From: Leucoraja erinacea
Taxonomy: Eukaryota
Direction of reading: 5' to 3'
Length of the DNA: 64,000 nt
Assembly: GCF_028641065.1 (NCBI RefSeq)
Contig: NW_026576619.1
Coordinates: 310,001-374,000, forward strand
Shown in pieces: positions 22,401-36,630 of this stretch. Made by a program: the position numbers and the translations under genes. Position 1 is the stretch's first letter. Each line of letters opens with the position of its first letter. The notes under the pieces were generated by a model that saw nothing but the letters and a program-made list of their open reading frames with translations, ran no database searches and was not told the origin of the DNA.

Positions 22401-25400
22401 AGTTTACGGGCAAGTCGGGTCATGGTGTGGCAGAGTCTGAGCGGAGAGAAGGAGTGAGCGTTAGAACAAGTGAACTGAACAGGCAGAGACTGCACTGAGA
22501 TCAGTCACGGGCTGTATGGACAATGCCATTGGAGCCTTACCCTAAGCGAGGTGAGCAGGCGGATGGTGCTGGCTCCACAGTTCTGGATGAGAGTTCTGGG
22601 AATGACCTCCAGGGCGTTAGCCACTGCACGGTAAGGCCACTGCTCCACACCAGTCATGGTCTTAGACTTCTCGATCAGGGTGTGTGCCACAGCCATCTCC
22701 ACAGCCCCACCGCCGGGCACCAAGCGTGGGTCCAGCAACACATTACGGGTCACTTGCATCGCGTCCTGCAGGTTCCGCTCCACCTCCTGCAACCACATCC
22801 ATCACTGACCGACTGACTAACACCAGCCCCAACCCACCCCCAGCGGGTTCCCCACTGCCCACCGCGCAATGTAACCAGTGCCTTCACTTCCTTCCCCTCC
22901 CACCTCTTCCCACAGCTCCAGCGTGCACCCCCCCACCCTCATCCATCTTCCCCCACCCTTATCCATCCCCCCCCACCCTCATCCACCTCCCCCCACCCCC
23001 ATCCATCAGTGTCCAACTCAGATCCCTCAAGCCCAACTCACTCTATTGTTAACCACAGGGACAATGCTTACCGCCAGGATCTCCTTGCTGGCTCCACGCA
23101 GGAGAATGGTACAAGCTTTGGGGTCCTTGCATTCGGTGACAAAGGCAAAATATTCATCGCCGATCTTCTTGACCTCAAACTGCCCGGCTCTGGTTCCAAT
23201 ATCCTCCTCAGTCAGCTCGTCAGTCCGGCTAGCCACTCGTGCACCGCATGCCCTGCACCACAAACAGCACCACTGTCAGATAGCAACAGCACCCTGGGGA
23301 CCAGTGCCCCTGGATAGCAACAGACTAAACCTGGGGACCAGTGCCCCTGTCAGATAGCAACAGCACCCACTAAACCTGGGGACCAGCACCCACTGTCAAA
23401 TAGCAACAGCACCCACTGACCCTGGGGACCAGTGCCCCACTGGCGGATAGCAACAGCACCCACTGACCCTGGGGACCAGCACCCACTGTCAGATAGCAAC
23501 AGCACCCACTGACCCTGGGGACCAGTGCCCCTATTGGATAGCAACAGCACCCACTGACCCTGGGGACCAGTGCCCCACTGTCAAATAGCAACAGCACCCA
23601 CTGACCCTGGGGCCCAGTGCCCACTGGCGGATAGCAACAGCACCCACTGACCCTGGGGCCCAGTGCCCCACTGGCAGATAGCAACAGCACCCACTGACCC
23701 TGGGGACCAGCACCCACTGTCAAATAGCAACAGCACCCACTGACCCTGGGGCCCAGTGCCCCTGTTGGATAGCAACAGCACCCACTAATTCTGAGGACCA
23801 GCACCCAGTGACGAACATAATGTGTCTGGACAAGAACCAAAACCTGGACCCAGACTGTGATCCAAACATGCAGCTTGCTCACACGGGCGGTTGTGGTAAG
23901 AGGATTTGTGGGAGAGCTGGTTAAGCATAGCAGAAAGACGAGGAAAGGCAGGTGGGTCATGTGATAGGAGCAGAATTAGGCCATTCAGCCCATCAAGTCC
24001 ACTCCGCTATTCAATCATGGCTGACCAATGACTACCTCCTCACCCCATTCTCCTGCTTTCTCTCCATAACCCCCGACACCCGTACTAATCAAGAATCCAT
24101 CTACCTCTGTGTTTAAAATATCCAGTGGGATGTTTTCTTCCTGTACTAGATGTGAAATATCAAATTCTCATCTCACTTTTAACCCAGGATCAGCACACAC
24201 TAGCTACCTGTGTTTAATTGTCCTTAAGATACACCTGCAGACAATTCAGGTTAGGGCAACATCACAAAGGCAAGTAGTGCACACTGGTGTGGGTGTGTGA
24301 ATGAAAGCAGGGTCCAGCGGTCTCACAGTACCTGGCAATGCGGTTACTATCACTCTTCCTGATGCGACGGATTGCAGTGATGTTTGCCTTCATGAGGTAA
24401 TGAATGGCTAGGTCTGAAAGGCAAAAGGAGACCAAAGCTGAAGGTGTGTTGGTGGGCCCTACAATATTATTTCCCCATCAAAGAGCCCCAAATCTGAGCC
24501 TTTCCTTTGTGGGAGACCCAAATAGTGATGAATTATTGCACCGAGCCCAGTCTCCAGGCTCATGTCACCGTGACATAATAGACAGTTGAACAGGTACATG
24601 ATAGGAAAGGATCAGATATGGGCCACACGCGATCAAGTGTGTCCAGTGTTACTTGATGGGCCAGACTCGGGTGTATATATACCTGTCACTTGCGTGTATC
24701 AGCTTCACTCACCGACACGTGGTCAATATGTGGACATCACTTGGGGGTTTGCTAAACCTCAAGCAGCTGGACTATTTAAAACAGTCCCACCAAAAAGTGT
24801 TCTGCAGTAGTAGGCTGCGCATAGTAATGGAGTGGTCATACACACTGTACACAGTAATGGAGTGGTCATACACACTGTACACAGTAATGGAGTGGTCATA
24901 CACACTGTACACAGTAATGGAGTGGTCATACACACTGTACACAGTAATGGAGTGGTCATACACACTGTACACAGTAATGGAGTGGTCATACACACTGTAC
25001 ACAGTAATGGAGTGGTCATACACACTGCACACAGTAATGGAGTGGTCATACACACAACCAGTTAGGACAACACCTCACTGACTCGCTGTCTTCCACAACA
25101 AGGCCACCCGTCCTGAACTGGGGCAAGTGCGGTCGGTCAGCTCTCGGCACTGGGCTGGACTCTGATCCCTACACCGGGACTCTAGTTAGGACAACACTAG
25201 TACAGCTACTTTTTACACAGACGTTGGGCTGAGCATTTTGTACTAAGGAAGTGGGGATGTCTCCACCACAAGATTAGACACCACTATGTGCTGCGCACTC
25301 TACCTGAGATGCCCTTCTCAGTGAAGAGGAGATCAGGTTTCAGACGGATGATATCCTCACAGATTTGCTGAATATAATTTTCCTCCATCTGCAGGATGTG

Positions 25401-28400
25401 AGTGAAGTCCTCCTCACGAGTGATCTCAATATCAGTCTGGAACAGAAGATCAGAGATAGGGTCAACAACATTCCAAACAACAAACGTCCTCACACAACTG
25501 AGGTACGGAGAGAAGGAGATGGAGAGGGCAGATGCAGAGACATGGGGAATATTGTGTAACACATGCAGGTGACCAGCTCCACCTCCACTCCACCAGTCAA
25601 CATGATCCATCTCCCCCCCCCCTCTAACATCTAGAAACCCTTGGCCTTGGTTTGAAGGTGCCCATTGATGCCTCTCCAGGACGGACAACAGCAGAGGTTA
25701 CACATGCTCACTGTGGGCCGTTGTCATAGACGTCCCACCCCTTGACCATCACACCTGGTCCTAGACCCCATCACCAGATATGACAGGCATTCAACAATTG
25801 ATCAGCTCATTAAAACAAGGTCACCCCTCACTCTTTTAAACTGCTGATGATTATTGCAGGTGCTTGGAGAATTGGTTGGGGCAGTGGGAGATAATATGCT
25901 CCCATACAATGAAATACCGGCAGTCACAGATTATTGAAGAAAGAGAGGGTGGACTAAAGTGGTCAACACAGCCCGTGGATAGTTCAGAAAGTCAACGCTC
26001 AGTTCCACACGTAATCCTTGACCACAGGTATGGGGAGGGCAGAGACTAATTTTTGAAAGAGAAAGTGCTGGAGAACTCAGCAGGTCAGGCAGCATCTGTG
26101 GAGGGAATGGACAGACAATATTTTCGGAGATCAGTTTGACACAAAACATAATTTGCCCATTACCCTCCACGGATGCTGCCCGGCTCACTGAGTTCTCCAG
26201 CACTTTGTATCTGTCTTTGGTATAAACCAGCACCTGTAGTTCCTTTCTGCACACTTGCTTTGTCTTGTACACCCTACTGGAAGATTCTGACATAGTTCCT
26301 CAGCCCAGCCAGGGCTCCAAAGATGGAGAGAGGAACAGACAGTTAATACCTGGCTCTCTCCCTTCTTGTACTCCAGCGAGCAGTCCAGCAGCAGGATGCG
26401 GGGACTCTTGATGTGCCGGCGCATGCGGGAATGCGTGACATCCTTATTCAGCATCACTCCCCGCAGCACGCACGAGTCATGGATGAAGCCGCCAGGAACC
26501 TGTTAACAGGGAATAAACGTCACTGCCAGCTTCTGGACAAACCAACACCGGGAACAGCCGAGCAAATACAAACGCTAACCCAATGTCCAGATGGGAACAA
26601 AGCTTGCACCGACCGTTCCCATCGGTACAGAACAAAGAAATATTGGAAATGTTACAGCAAAATCTAATCCATCACCTAGACTCCCCATTTAGATTGTATT
26701 CCCATTGACCTTGGTTTGGAAGAGATTCACTGATGGAGTACCCAGGCCTCTGGGTAGAGAATTCCAAAGACAACATGCACCTGTTCAGGTGTAACGTGGG
26801 GCAGAAAACCACAGGCAGAGGAAGCACACACACCCACCTTCTCAATTTTGGCATACTTCTTAATGTCAATTTCCTTGCGGCCATTTTCATCCAACTCAAC
26901 AGTCTTCACCGCATCGAGGGCGATGCTGCAAGCCAGGTCAAGCTGCAAGTTATTCACCTTGGTGTTGATGGCACTGTTGATAATCTTCAGCATCAGATCC
27001 CGGTTATTGATGTCAACAGGGGTGCTAGAAAGAAAGAGAAACACCTTAAGTGCCTGTGGCAGCTGATCTCCTAGCAACTGGATTGTGTTCAACTGAACAT
27101 AAAGCAGTTAATCTTCAGAGACGTGCAGTAAAACACCAAGGACAAAGCAACATTTAAATTCCTTGACGCAATGGAACCAGGTGTTGAATGTAGCACAGCC
27201 AGAAAGGGTCACCTGAAGCTTTACCTGTATATTGGAGCAGTTGCAAAAGACCCGAGTCATTAGTTAAAGCAGAAGCAAGTAGCCTGGTGCTTTGGCCGAT
27301 TGTTGTAGTTCAGACATTTATTGGTTGTAAAGTATTTTGTGAAAGGCTCCAGCTGATTGCAAGTTTTTTGTTCCACAGCTGAAATAAAGTTAGTCACACT
27401 GCATGGAAACAAGACCTTCGACCCAACTAACGACAAATTGCCTGCGTTGGTTAGTCCCACCTGCCCGCAGTTGACCCATTTTTCTGTCCATGTACCTGCA
27501 CAAATATAGTTTAAATGTTATTGTACCTGTTTTCACTACATCCTTGGGCAGCTTATTGCACCCTCTCATCACCCTCTGTGTGAAGGGTTGCTCCTTAGGT
27601 TACCTTTAAATCTTTCCCCTCTCACCATAAACCTAGTTTTAGACTGCCATAACATCTCCATGCCCCTCATGATTTTACGTAGTCTTTCTCCATAACCAAG
27701 TACCTGAGTTCCTCCAACGTGGTGATCATGTCCTCCAGTGCCTGGTGATAAGCTCCAATGATGACTGAGGGGTGCATCTGCTGCTCCAGGTACTGCTCAG
27801 CTACCGACAGCATCTCTCCAGCTGCAAGAAAGCACAACGTGCAGTTACTCAACTATAAACACACTTTCCCACTACACGAGGAGGCTCCTCGTCCTGTAAC
27901 TGGATCATGACCACATGAGGTTATGCACACAGTGAATGAAAGAACACTTTGCCTTACGAGGGCCAGACAGCTGTAGTTATGACCAGGGTCACACCCTCAC
28001 CCTCACCTCAAGGCCTGTATCATAGTTCCTGGCCAGCACTCCGAGCCTAACGACACCCCTCACACCACTGAAAGCAAGCCTAATCACTGAGCCAATGGAT
28101 GGGCGATGGATCGCCACTGATCAGCCTCCATCCCTGGCCACCACTATCGTAGCCGGTACAACCCACACAACATGAACAAAGACCATTAGTGCAGAGTGTG
28201 TTCTACGTACCGAGGATGATGACGGAGGTGGTCCCATCGCCAACCTCTTCATCCTGGGTGCGGCTAATCTCAATCATGGACTTGGCTGCTGGATGCTGCA
28301 CCTGGATCTGAGAGATTGTACAGAATCGTCAGTCCCAACCTGGAGATGAACCAACAGACTGGGGAGATGGACACGGATGAACCAGGAGTGGGGAGAGACT

Positions 28401-31000
28401 GGGGGATGAACCAGGAGTGGGGAGAGACTGGGTGATGAACCAGGAGTGGGGAGACTGGGGGTGATGAACCAGGAGTGGGGAGAGACTGGGGGATGAACCA
28501 GGAGTGGGGAGAGATGAAACAGGAGTGGGGGTGATGAACCAGGAGTGGGGAGAGACTGGGGTTGATGAACCAGGAGTGGGGGAGATGAACCAGGAGTGGG
28601 GAGAGACTGGGGGGATGAACCAGGAGTTGGGAGACTGGGGGATGAACCAGGAGTGGGGAGAGACTGGGGGATGAACCAGGAGTTGGGAGAGACTGGGGAG
28701 TGATGAACCAGGAGTGGGGAGATGAACCAGGAGTGGGGAGAGACTGGGGGTGATGAACCAGGAGTTGGGGAGATGATGCTGTCAGAACAATACACCGGGG
28801 AGGAAGGCTGAGGTCTAATGAGATCTCGCACCAGGCACAGCTCTGGGAAGTGCGATGCTTTTGGGAAATCGCCACTCCCTATCAGGTGCCACAGGCTGCT
28901 GCACATTGTGAAACCACACCGTCCAGGGAGGAAATGTCAGGTTTGAGTAGGCACCACTGCACTGGCAGCCATCGTCATACAGCCCAGAAACAGGCCCTTC
29001 AGCCAACCCATCCATGCCAACACAGATGGGATTGTCAGTCAACCTCTGGCCTACGTCCTACCAGGGAAGTTACATTCAAGTAAATTAACTGGGAATTTTA
29101 ACCTGGGAGCTTAGCTGTGTGACTCTAACTCCAGTGTGGTGTGGAGCTTCCACAGGGGTGAAACACGCAAGTAGAGGTTAATTGCCCCCATTTTATGGTT
29201 GGAATCTGAAGGAAGTTAATGGGAATTGGGGGGGAGGGAGGAAATTGGTGGTTATAGGGTAGCACGGAGTCAGCGGGCCGAAGGGCCCTCTTCCATGCCG
29301 TAAAAGTGACTGGTGTTGCAAATCAGTTCATCGAGCACAACTTGAAGCCACAGCCATTCCATGCTCCAGCTCCACACAATAACATTAAGTAGCAAAGACA
29401 TTTGGGATTCCAGATTCATTGGTGTCAATAGGTGAAACCTATCCAGGTTGTGGTGAGAGCTGGAGGCAGGCACGGATGATTCACCAATAGGACCTACCTC
29501 TCGCAGAATGGCATTGCCATCGTTTGTCATAACGATGCCACCCATCGGATCCAGCAACATCTGGGGAAGCAGACATTACATTAGACGGTTTTCCAACTCT
29601 GCAAGACATTGCAACTGGCAGCATGTTCCAATGTGGGTAATTCCATTACAATTTAACTAGCCCATTTCTTTAGTAAACAAGCACTACACTCATTTCTGAC
29701 TCGACATTAAAAGAGGGCAAAACGAGTGCATATCTTACCTTCATCATAGCTCTTGGTCCCAGGCATGTTCGAATAACGTCTGCAATAGACTGAAAAACAC
29801 AAGGAATCAAGATGACACAGAACACAGATAATCGCAGATTGAGTAACCCATTGATCAGCCCAGTCTATGCCCATGTACAACCTCACACCCGTTACTAATC
29901 CCTTGCCATTCCTCCTCAAACAGGCCTGGGAACGCAGGACATCATATCCAAGCCTGGACAACCCATTGATTAGGGAAGTGCAACTACTGGAGCAGCATCC
30001 TTACATTCGCAAGCTCGATTCTGATCTCCAGTTTTGCCTGTGCGGAGTTTGCATGTTCTCCCCATGGCTGCACAAGTTTTGCCTGGGTTGACGGTTTCTT
30101 ACATATCCCAAAGACATGCAGGCTGACAGGTTAACTGGCCACTGTAAGTCATCTTGATTGTGTAGGGGAGGGGTTGTGTCTGGGCGTTGTGGGAATGTGG
30201 GGAGAATGGGATGGCGTAGAATTACTGAATATGGATGGTCAGCATTGTCTCGATGGGCAGAAGGGCCCGGTTCTGTGTTCTATCTCTCTCTCTAAGACAG
30301 ATACTTGAAGAAAAGTGACAGCTCCCTCACCCAGTCTAAAGAATACACCCCCCCCCCCCCACCACAGGTGTTAACACCCAACTCGCCTACTGAGGTGTCA
30401 TTTTGCCCATTCCACCCATGGGGAGTGGAACTACACACATGGATGTTAAACCTAATGAATCTACACCCAGCCCAAACCTAGTTAAATGGAACTATATCTG
30501 TGGTGCCCTCAATAGCAGAGCAATTGTATCCATACCACCCTTGGGTGCCAGATCCGACTGTACCTACATCACATACCACCCTTGGGTGCCAGATCCCACT
30601 GTATCTATACCACAGACCACCCTTGGGTGCCAGATCCCACTGTATCTATACCACAGACCACCCTTGGGTGCCAGATCCCACTGTATCTACACACCACAGA
30701 CCACCCTTGGGTGCCAGATCCCACTGTATCTATACCACAGACCACCCTTGGGTGCCAGATCCGACCCCCAGCCCCACCCAACCCTCACCTTGGCCGCGCT
30801 GATGTTGCCTTGCTGCACTCTGCGGCCCGATTCACGCTTCACGTTCTGACCTGTGGGAGAGACACGGACAACGGGTGAGACACAGACCCAGGACCGGGGG
30901 GAGACCGTGTCGCTCGGGCCCAGGCGGGAGGGGGAGGCCGCTGCATCCGGCCGGCAGCGCCGCGGGCCCCGACCCTCACTCAACACAATGACCCTGCCGC
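19416..31000 (-). CDS. CCT3: T-complex protein 1 subunit gamma. Exons: first exon unresolved (30980-~31000, or distal 31571-31601), 30789-30850, 29739-29789, 29498-29560, 28211-28307, 27704-27821, 26838-27024, 26350-26499, 25304-25436, 24332-24413, 23072-23252, 22541-22786, 21538-21669, 19416-19508
   Basis: A continuous spliced frame: QNVKRESGRRVQQGNISAAK/SIADVIRTCLGPRAMMK/MLLDPMGGIVMTNDGNAILRE/IQVQHPAAKSMIEISRTQDEEVGDGTTSVIIL...CSLEYKKGESQ/TDIEITREEDF...KKIGDEYF...EVERNLQDAMQV...TAILLLRIDDIVSGHK. All introns are GT-AG with matching phases. Confidence 0.98.
19520..21200. repeat. ~1.7-kb G-rich minisatellite, ~18-19-bp unit (CA/CG)GGGGCAGGGTGAGGAGA, in the last CCT3 intron
   Basis: Directly visible; source of the SPHPAPVSSPCP-repeat ORFs. 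Confidence 0.95.
21725..22365. repeat. Minisatellite GGTGTGGGCACTGGGAA(GGAA)C, 18/22-bp units, CCT3 intron 12
   Basis: Directly visible tandem units. Confidence 0.95.
23262..23810. repeat. Minisatellite with a ~45-bp unit ATAGCAACAGCACCCACTGACCCTGGGGACCAGTGCCCCACTGTCAG, CCT3 intron 10
   Basis: Directly visible tandem units. Confidence 0.93.
24821..25055. repeat. Near-perfect 30-bp tandem repeat ACAGTAATGGAGTGGTCATACACACTGTAC, 8 copies, CCT3 intron 9
   Basis: Identical units in register across lines 24841-25021, with no spacers. Confidence 0.97.
28340..28780. repeat. Minisatellite GATGAACCAGGAGTGGGGAGAGACTGGGG, CCT3 intron 4
   Basis: Directly visible tandem units. Confidence 0.93.
30525..30765. 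repeat. Minisatellite with a ~41-bp unit CCACCCTTGGGTGCCAGATCCCACTGTATCTATACCACAGA, ~6 copies, CCT3 intron 2
   Basis: Directly visible tandem units. Confidence 0.93.
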
Positions 31001-31499
31001 CCCCCCCCCCCCCCCCCCCCCCCCGGCACCGAGCCCATCCCCACCCCCGGCACCGGGCCCATCCCCACCCCCGGGCCGGCACCGGGTCCATCCCCAGGCC
31101 CCGGCTCATTCCCAGGCCCCGTCCCACCCCCCCCCCCCCCCCCCGCACTCATTCGAACCCCAGGTCCCCATCCCCATCGCCGGCATCCCGAGCCCCATCC
31201 CCGTCCCATCCCCCGGTCCCAGTTTCATCCTCCCCCGGTCCCGGTCTCATCCCCAGGTCCCGGTTTCATCCCCAGGCCCCGGTTTCATCCCCAGGCCCCG
31301 GTCCCCGGACAGTTTCATCCCCCAACACATCCCCACCGGTGTCTCATCCCCAGGCCCAACATGGCGGCCCCGACTTCATTGTGCGGAACCTTCATCCGGC
31401 GCCGCGCTGTCTCATCCCCAGGTCCCCGTCCTGACGGTCACCCGGCTCCGCCCATCGTCCCAGGCCCCAGCGCCGGCCCGGCCCCGGTCCCATCCGCGG

Positions 31500-31935
31500 G
31501 TCCGTGGTGACGCGTAGGGGTTTCATCGAGGGCTGGATTGGCCATCCCCGGAGGAAGTCGGCAGACTCACGGGTGCACAACGGCCTGTCTGGCGCCAACA
31601 TGGCGGGCCTGGAGCCTTGGGCTGGGGCCTTCGCCGGGGCCGGGCTCCCTGGCGCTGCCGCCTGACGGGGCCGGCTCTAGCCAATCGTTGCCCGCCGCAG
31701 CGCCGGCCCGGGCCAATCGGGAGCCGGGGTCCGGGGCTGACGCGTAAGGGGCGGGACGGGGCTGGGGCCAATGAGGGCAGAACGGTGCCGAGGGCGGGGC
31801 TGGCTCTAGGGGCGTGGCTGGCTCTAGAGGCGGGGTTGGCGCCGGGGGCGGGGCTGGCGCCGGGGGCGGGGCTGGCGCCGGGGGCGGGGCTGGCGCCGGG
31901 GGCGGGGGCTGGCGCCGGGGGCGGGGCTGGCGAGC
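31500..31935. promoter_or_regulatory. CCT3 CpG-island promoter: CCAAT boxes, a GC-box array, YY1-like and CRE-like motifs
   Basis: CCAAT at 31681, 31713 and 31768 and ATTGG at 31537; TGACGCGTA at 31508 and 31738; an 18-bp tandem unit TGGCGCCGGGGGCGGGGC (Sp/KLF box) at ~31837-31932; AACATGGCG at 31358 and 31597. Confidence 0.7.
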
Positions 31936-32157
31936 ATTCTCGGTGGGGCTGCAGATGCTGCAAGTCTAAGATAAAGAGGCAGAGAATGCGGAAATAGCCA
32001 GCAGGGCCGTCAGCATCTATGGAGACTGTGTTTTATTGCCAGTGAACAATGGAATTCGTACTTGCAGCAGCACAAGAGAATATGTAGACATAGTACACTG
32101 TAGACAATATAACAAACAAGAAAAAAAGTTGTGTGTGTGTATATTCTGTATCTTGTA

Positions 32158-32550
32158 TAATCTTTACTGTGGACCAGGAGTGGGGAGACTGGGTGATGAT
32201 GAGGATCTTTACTGTGGACCAGGAGTGGGGAGACTGGGTGATGATGAGGATCTTTACTGTGGACAGTGGGGAGTGGTGAAGGAGACTCGGGTGTGACGGA
32301 GGATCTTGACTGTAGGACCCCCAAGTGGGGAGACTGGGTGATGATGAGATCTTTACTGTGGACCCGGACGGGGGAGACTGGGTTGTGATGAGGATCTTTA
32401 CTGTGGGCACCGGAGTGGGGATGGTGGGTGATGGGAGGATCTTTACTGTGCGCAAGGAGTGGGGTGACTGGGTTTGAGGAGGATCTTTACTGTGGACCAG
32501 GAGTGGGGAGACTGGGTGATGATGAGGATCTTTACTGTGGACCAGGAGTG
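32158..32550. repeat. Minisatellite with a ~45-bp unit GATCTTTACTGTGGACCAGGAGTGGGGAGACTGGGTGATGATGAG, between CCT3 and SSR2
   Basis: About nine visible units, with degenerate ones in the centre. Confidence 0.9.
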
Positions 32551-32574
32551 GACAGTGGGACTGCTGGTGAAGCA

Positions 32575-32782
32575 AAGTACTCGCGTCAACGTGGCGCCCT
32601 CTGATTGTAGCGCACCCCCAAGTGCAAAGCAGCTCGGGAGATGTAGTCCTTCCCGCGGTTTCCGCCACGGCGGAGGTGACGTTGTGAACTACATCTCCCA
32701 GGGGACACTGCTCCCGGAGCGGGTGGGGCTGGGACGTCAGGCGCAAGCGCAGTGGTGCTTCTTTTGGCCGAGCGCAGCGAGG
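32575..32782 (+). promoter_or_regulatory. SSR2: SSR2 proximal promoter and non-coding exon 1 (donor at 32783)
   Basis: CpG-rich; two divergent ACTACATCTCCC motifs (32636-32647 on -, 32688-32699 on +); pyrimidine tract CTTCTTTT near 32758; GAGG|GTGAGT donor. The next exon starts AG|ATG. Confidence 0.7.
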
Positions 32783-33904
32783 GTGAGTGAGTGGCGGCGG
32801 CGGTGGGGGAGTGAGGGATTGGGGGGGGGGTGGATTTGAGGGAGGGGAGGAGAGGGAGGGGGTGGGGGGGGGGGAGGGGGGGGGATGGGGGGAGGGAGGG
32901 TAAAGGGGGTGGATTGGGGGGGGTGAGAGGGGGGGAGGGTAAAGGGGGTGGATTGGGGGGGGGAGGGGGGAGGGGGGGGGGGGGTAAAGGGGGTGGATTG
33001 GGGGGGGGGGAGTGAGGGTAAAGGGAGTGGATTGGGGGGGGAGTGAGGGTAAAGGGAGTGGATTGGGGGGGGGTGAGGGTAAAGGGGGTGGATTGGGGGG
33101 GAGGGGGGTAAAGGGGGTGGATGGGGGGAGGGGAGTGAGGGTAAAAGGGGTGGATAGGGGGGGAGGGAGGTTAAAGGGGGTGGATTGGGGAGGGGTCTCC
33201 CTCCCTTCAAAACAGCCACGTTGTTGAACCTTCACCTGGTTCAAGCAGATGCCCACTGCTGGAGGGGGGGGCAGCACCTTGTGGGGGAGGGACAGGGAGA
33301 GGTGTGGACACTGCCCTGTGGGAGGAGAGGGGCTGGGGAATGGTATCCCCCTCCCTCCCCCACCTCACCGTGTGTTCACCTCACAGCAGCTGAATTAGGC
33401 CATTCGGCCCATCGAGTCGACTCCACCATTCTGTCGTGGCTGATCTATCTTTCACTGTAACCCTTGTTGACCTGTGAGGGGCATGATTAAGGGCATTGGT
33501 CTGTGGGAGGGGCAGGGGCTGAGGGGATGTCAGAGGGGAGGGGGCACTGATAATCACGGAGTCACCAATAACAGCGTTCCAGAAATGAACAATAAATGCA
33601 GTCGCCTTCAGTGAGGTTGTCATAAAGAATAGGAGCAGAATTAGGCCATTCGGCCCATCAAGTCTATTCTGCCATTCAATCATGGCTGATCTATCTCTCC
33701 CTCTTAACCCCATTCTCCTGCCTTCTTGTAACCCCTGACACCCGCACTAATCAAGAATCTGTCTAGGGTTGGGGGCGGTGAGACAGACGTGTGTAAGTCG
33801 GTGATGGGTGTGCGTTCAGGTGGCTGGGGGAAGGATGGGTGTAGGTCTGACCACACCATGGGGCTGCTGAGACTCTCCCCTCTGTGTGACTGCTCTCCCC
33901 ACAG

Positions 33905-36314
<2,410 letters not shown>

Positions 36315-36624
36315 GGCGACTGGATCATTAGCAGAGCTCGTGACCCTGTTGTACACCGGAGCTGTGATAGGCTTGATGCGCTGAGTGTGTACGTGTGCAT
36401 GCACACGTGTGGTTCTGTCTGTGCACACGCGAGTCTGTGTGAACGTGTCGAATGGCGAATGACATGTTTATTTTTGAAGCACAAGAGGACTGCAGGACCA
36501 ACAAAAGAATGAATCACTTCCATAAACAATGCCAGAGTGTAGTTTCTGGTTTTGCAGTTGATCATTATGCTCTGTTGGTACAACACGGTTACGAATAGTT
36601 CATTGTATAATTCAGTTTTTTTGT

Positions 36625-36630
36625 AATAAA
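36625..36630 (+). terminator. SSR2 polyadenylation signal AATAAA
   Basis: ~310 nt after the stop, with a U-rich upstream element and T-rich downstream sequence. Confidence 0.7.

Noticed and set aside
21551-22498. Repetitive ORFs (GTVWALG / CGHWE) on both strands
   Set aside because: Minisatellite translation inside CCT3 intron 12.
24821-25055. 30-bp direct repeats resembling a CRISPR array
   Set aside because: The units are head-to-tail with no unique spacers, lie in a vertebrate intron, and have no cas genes nearby.
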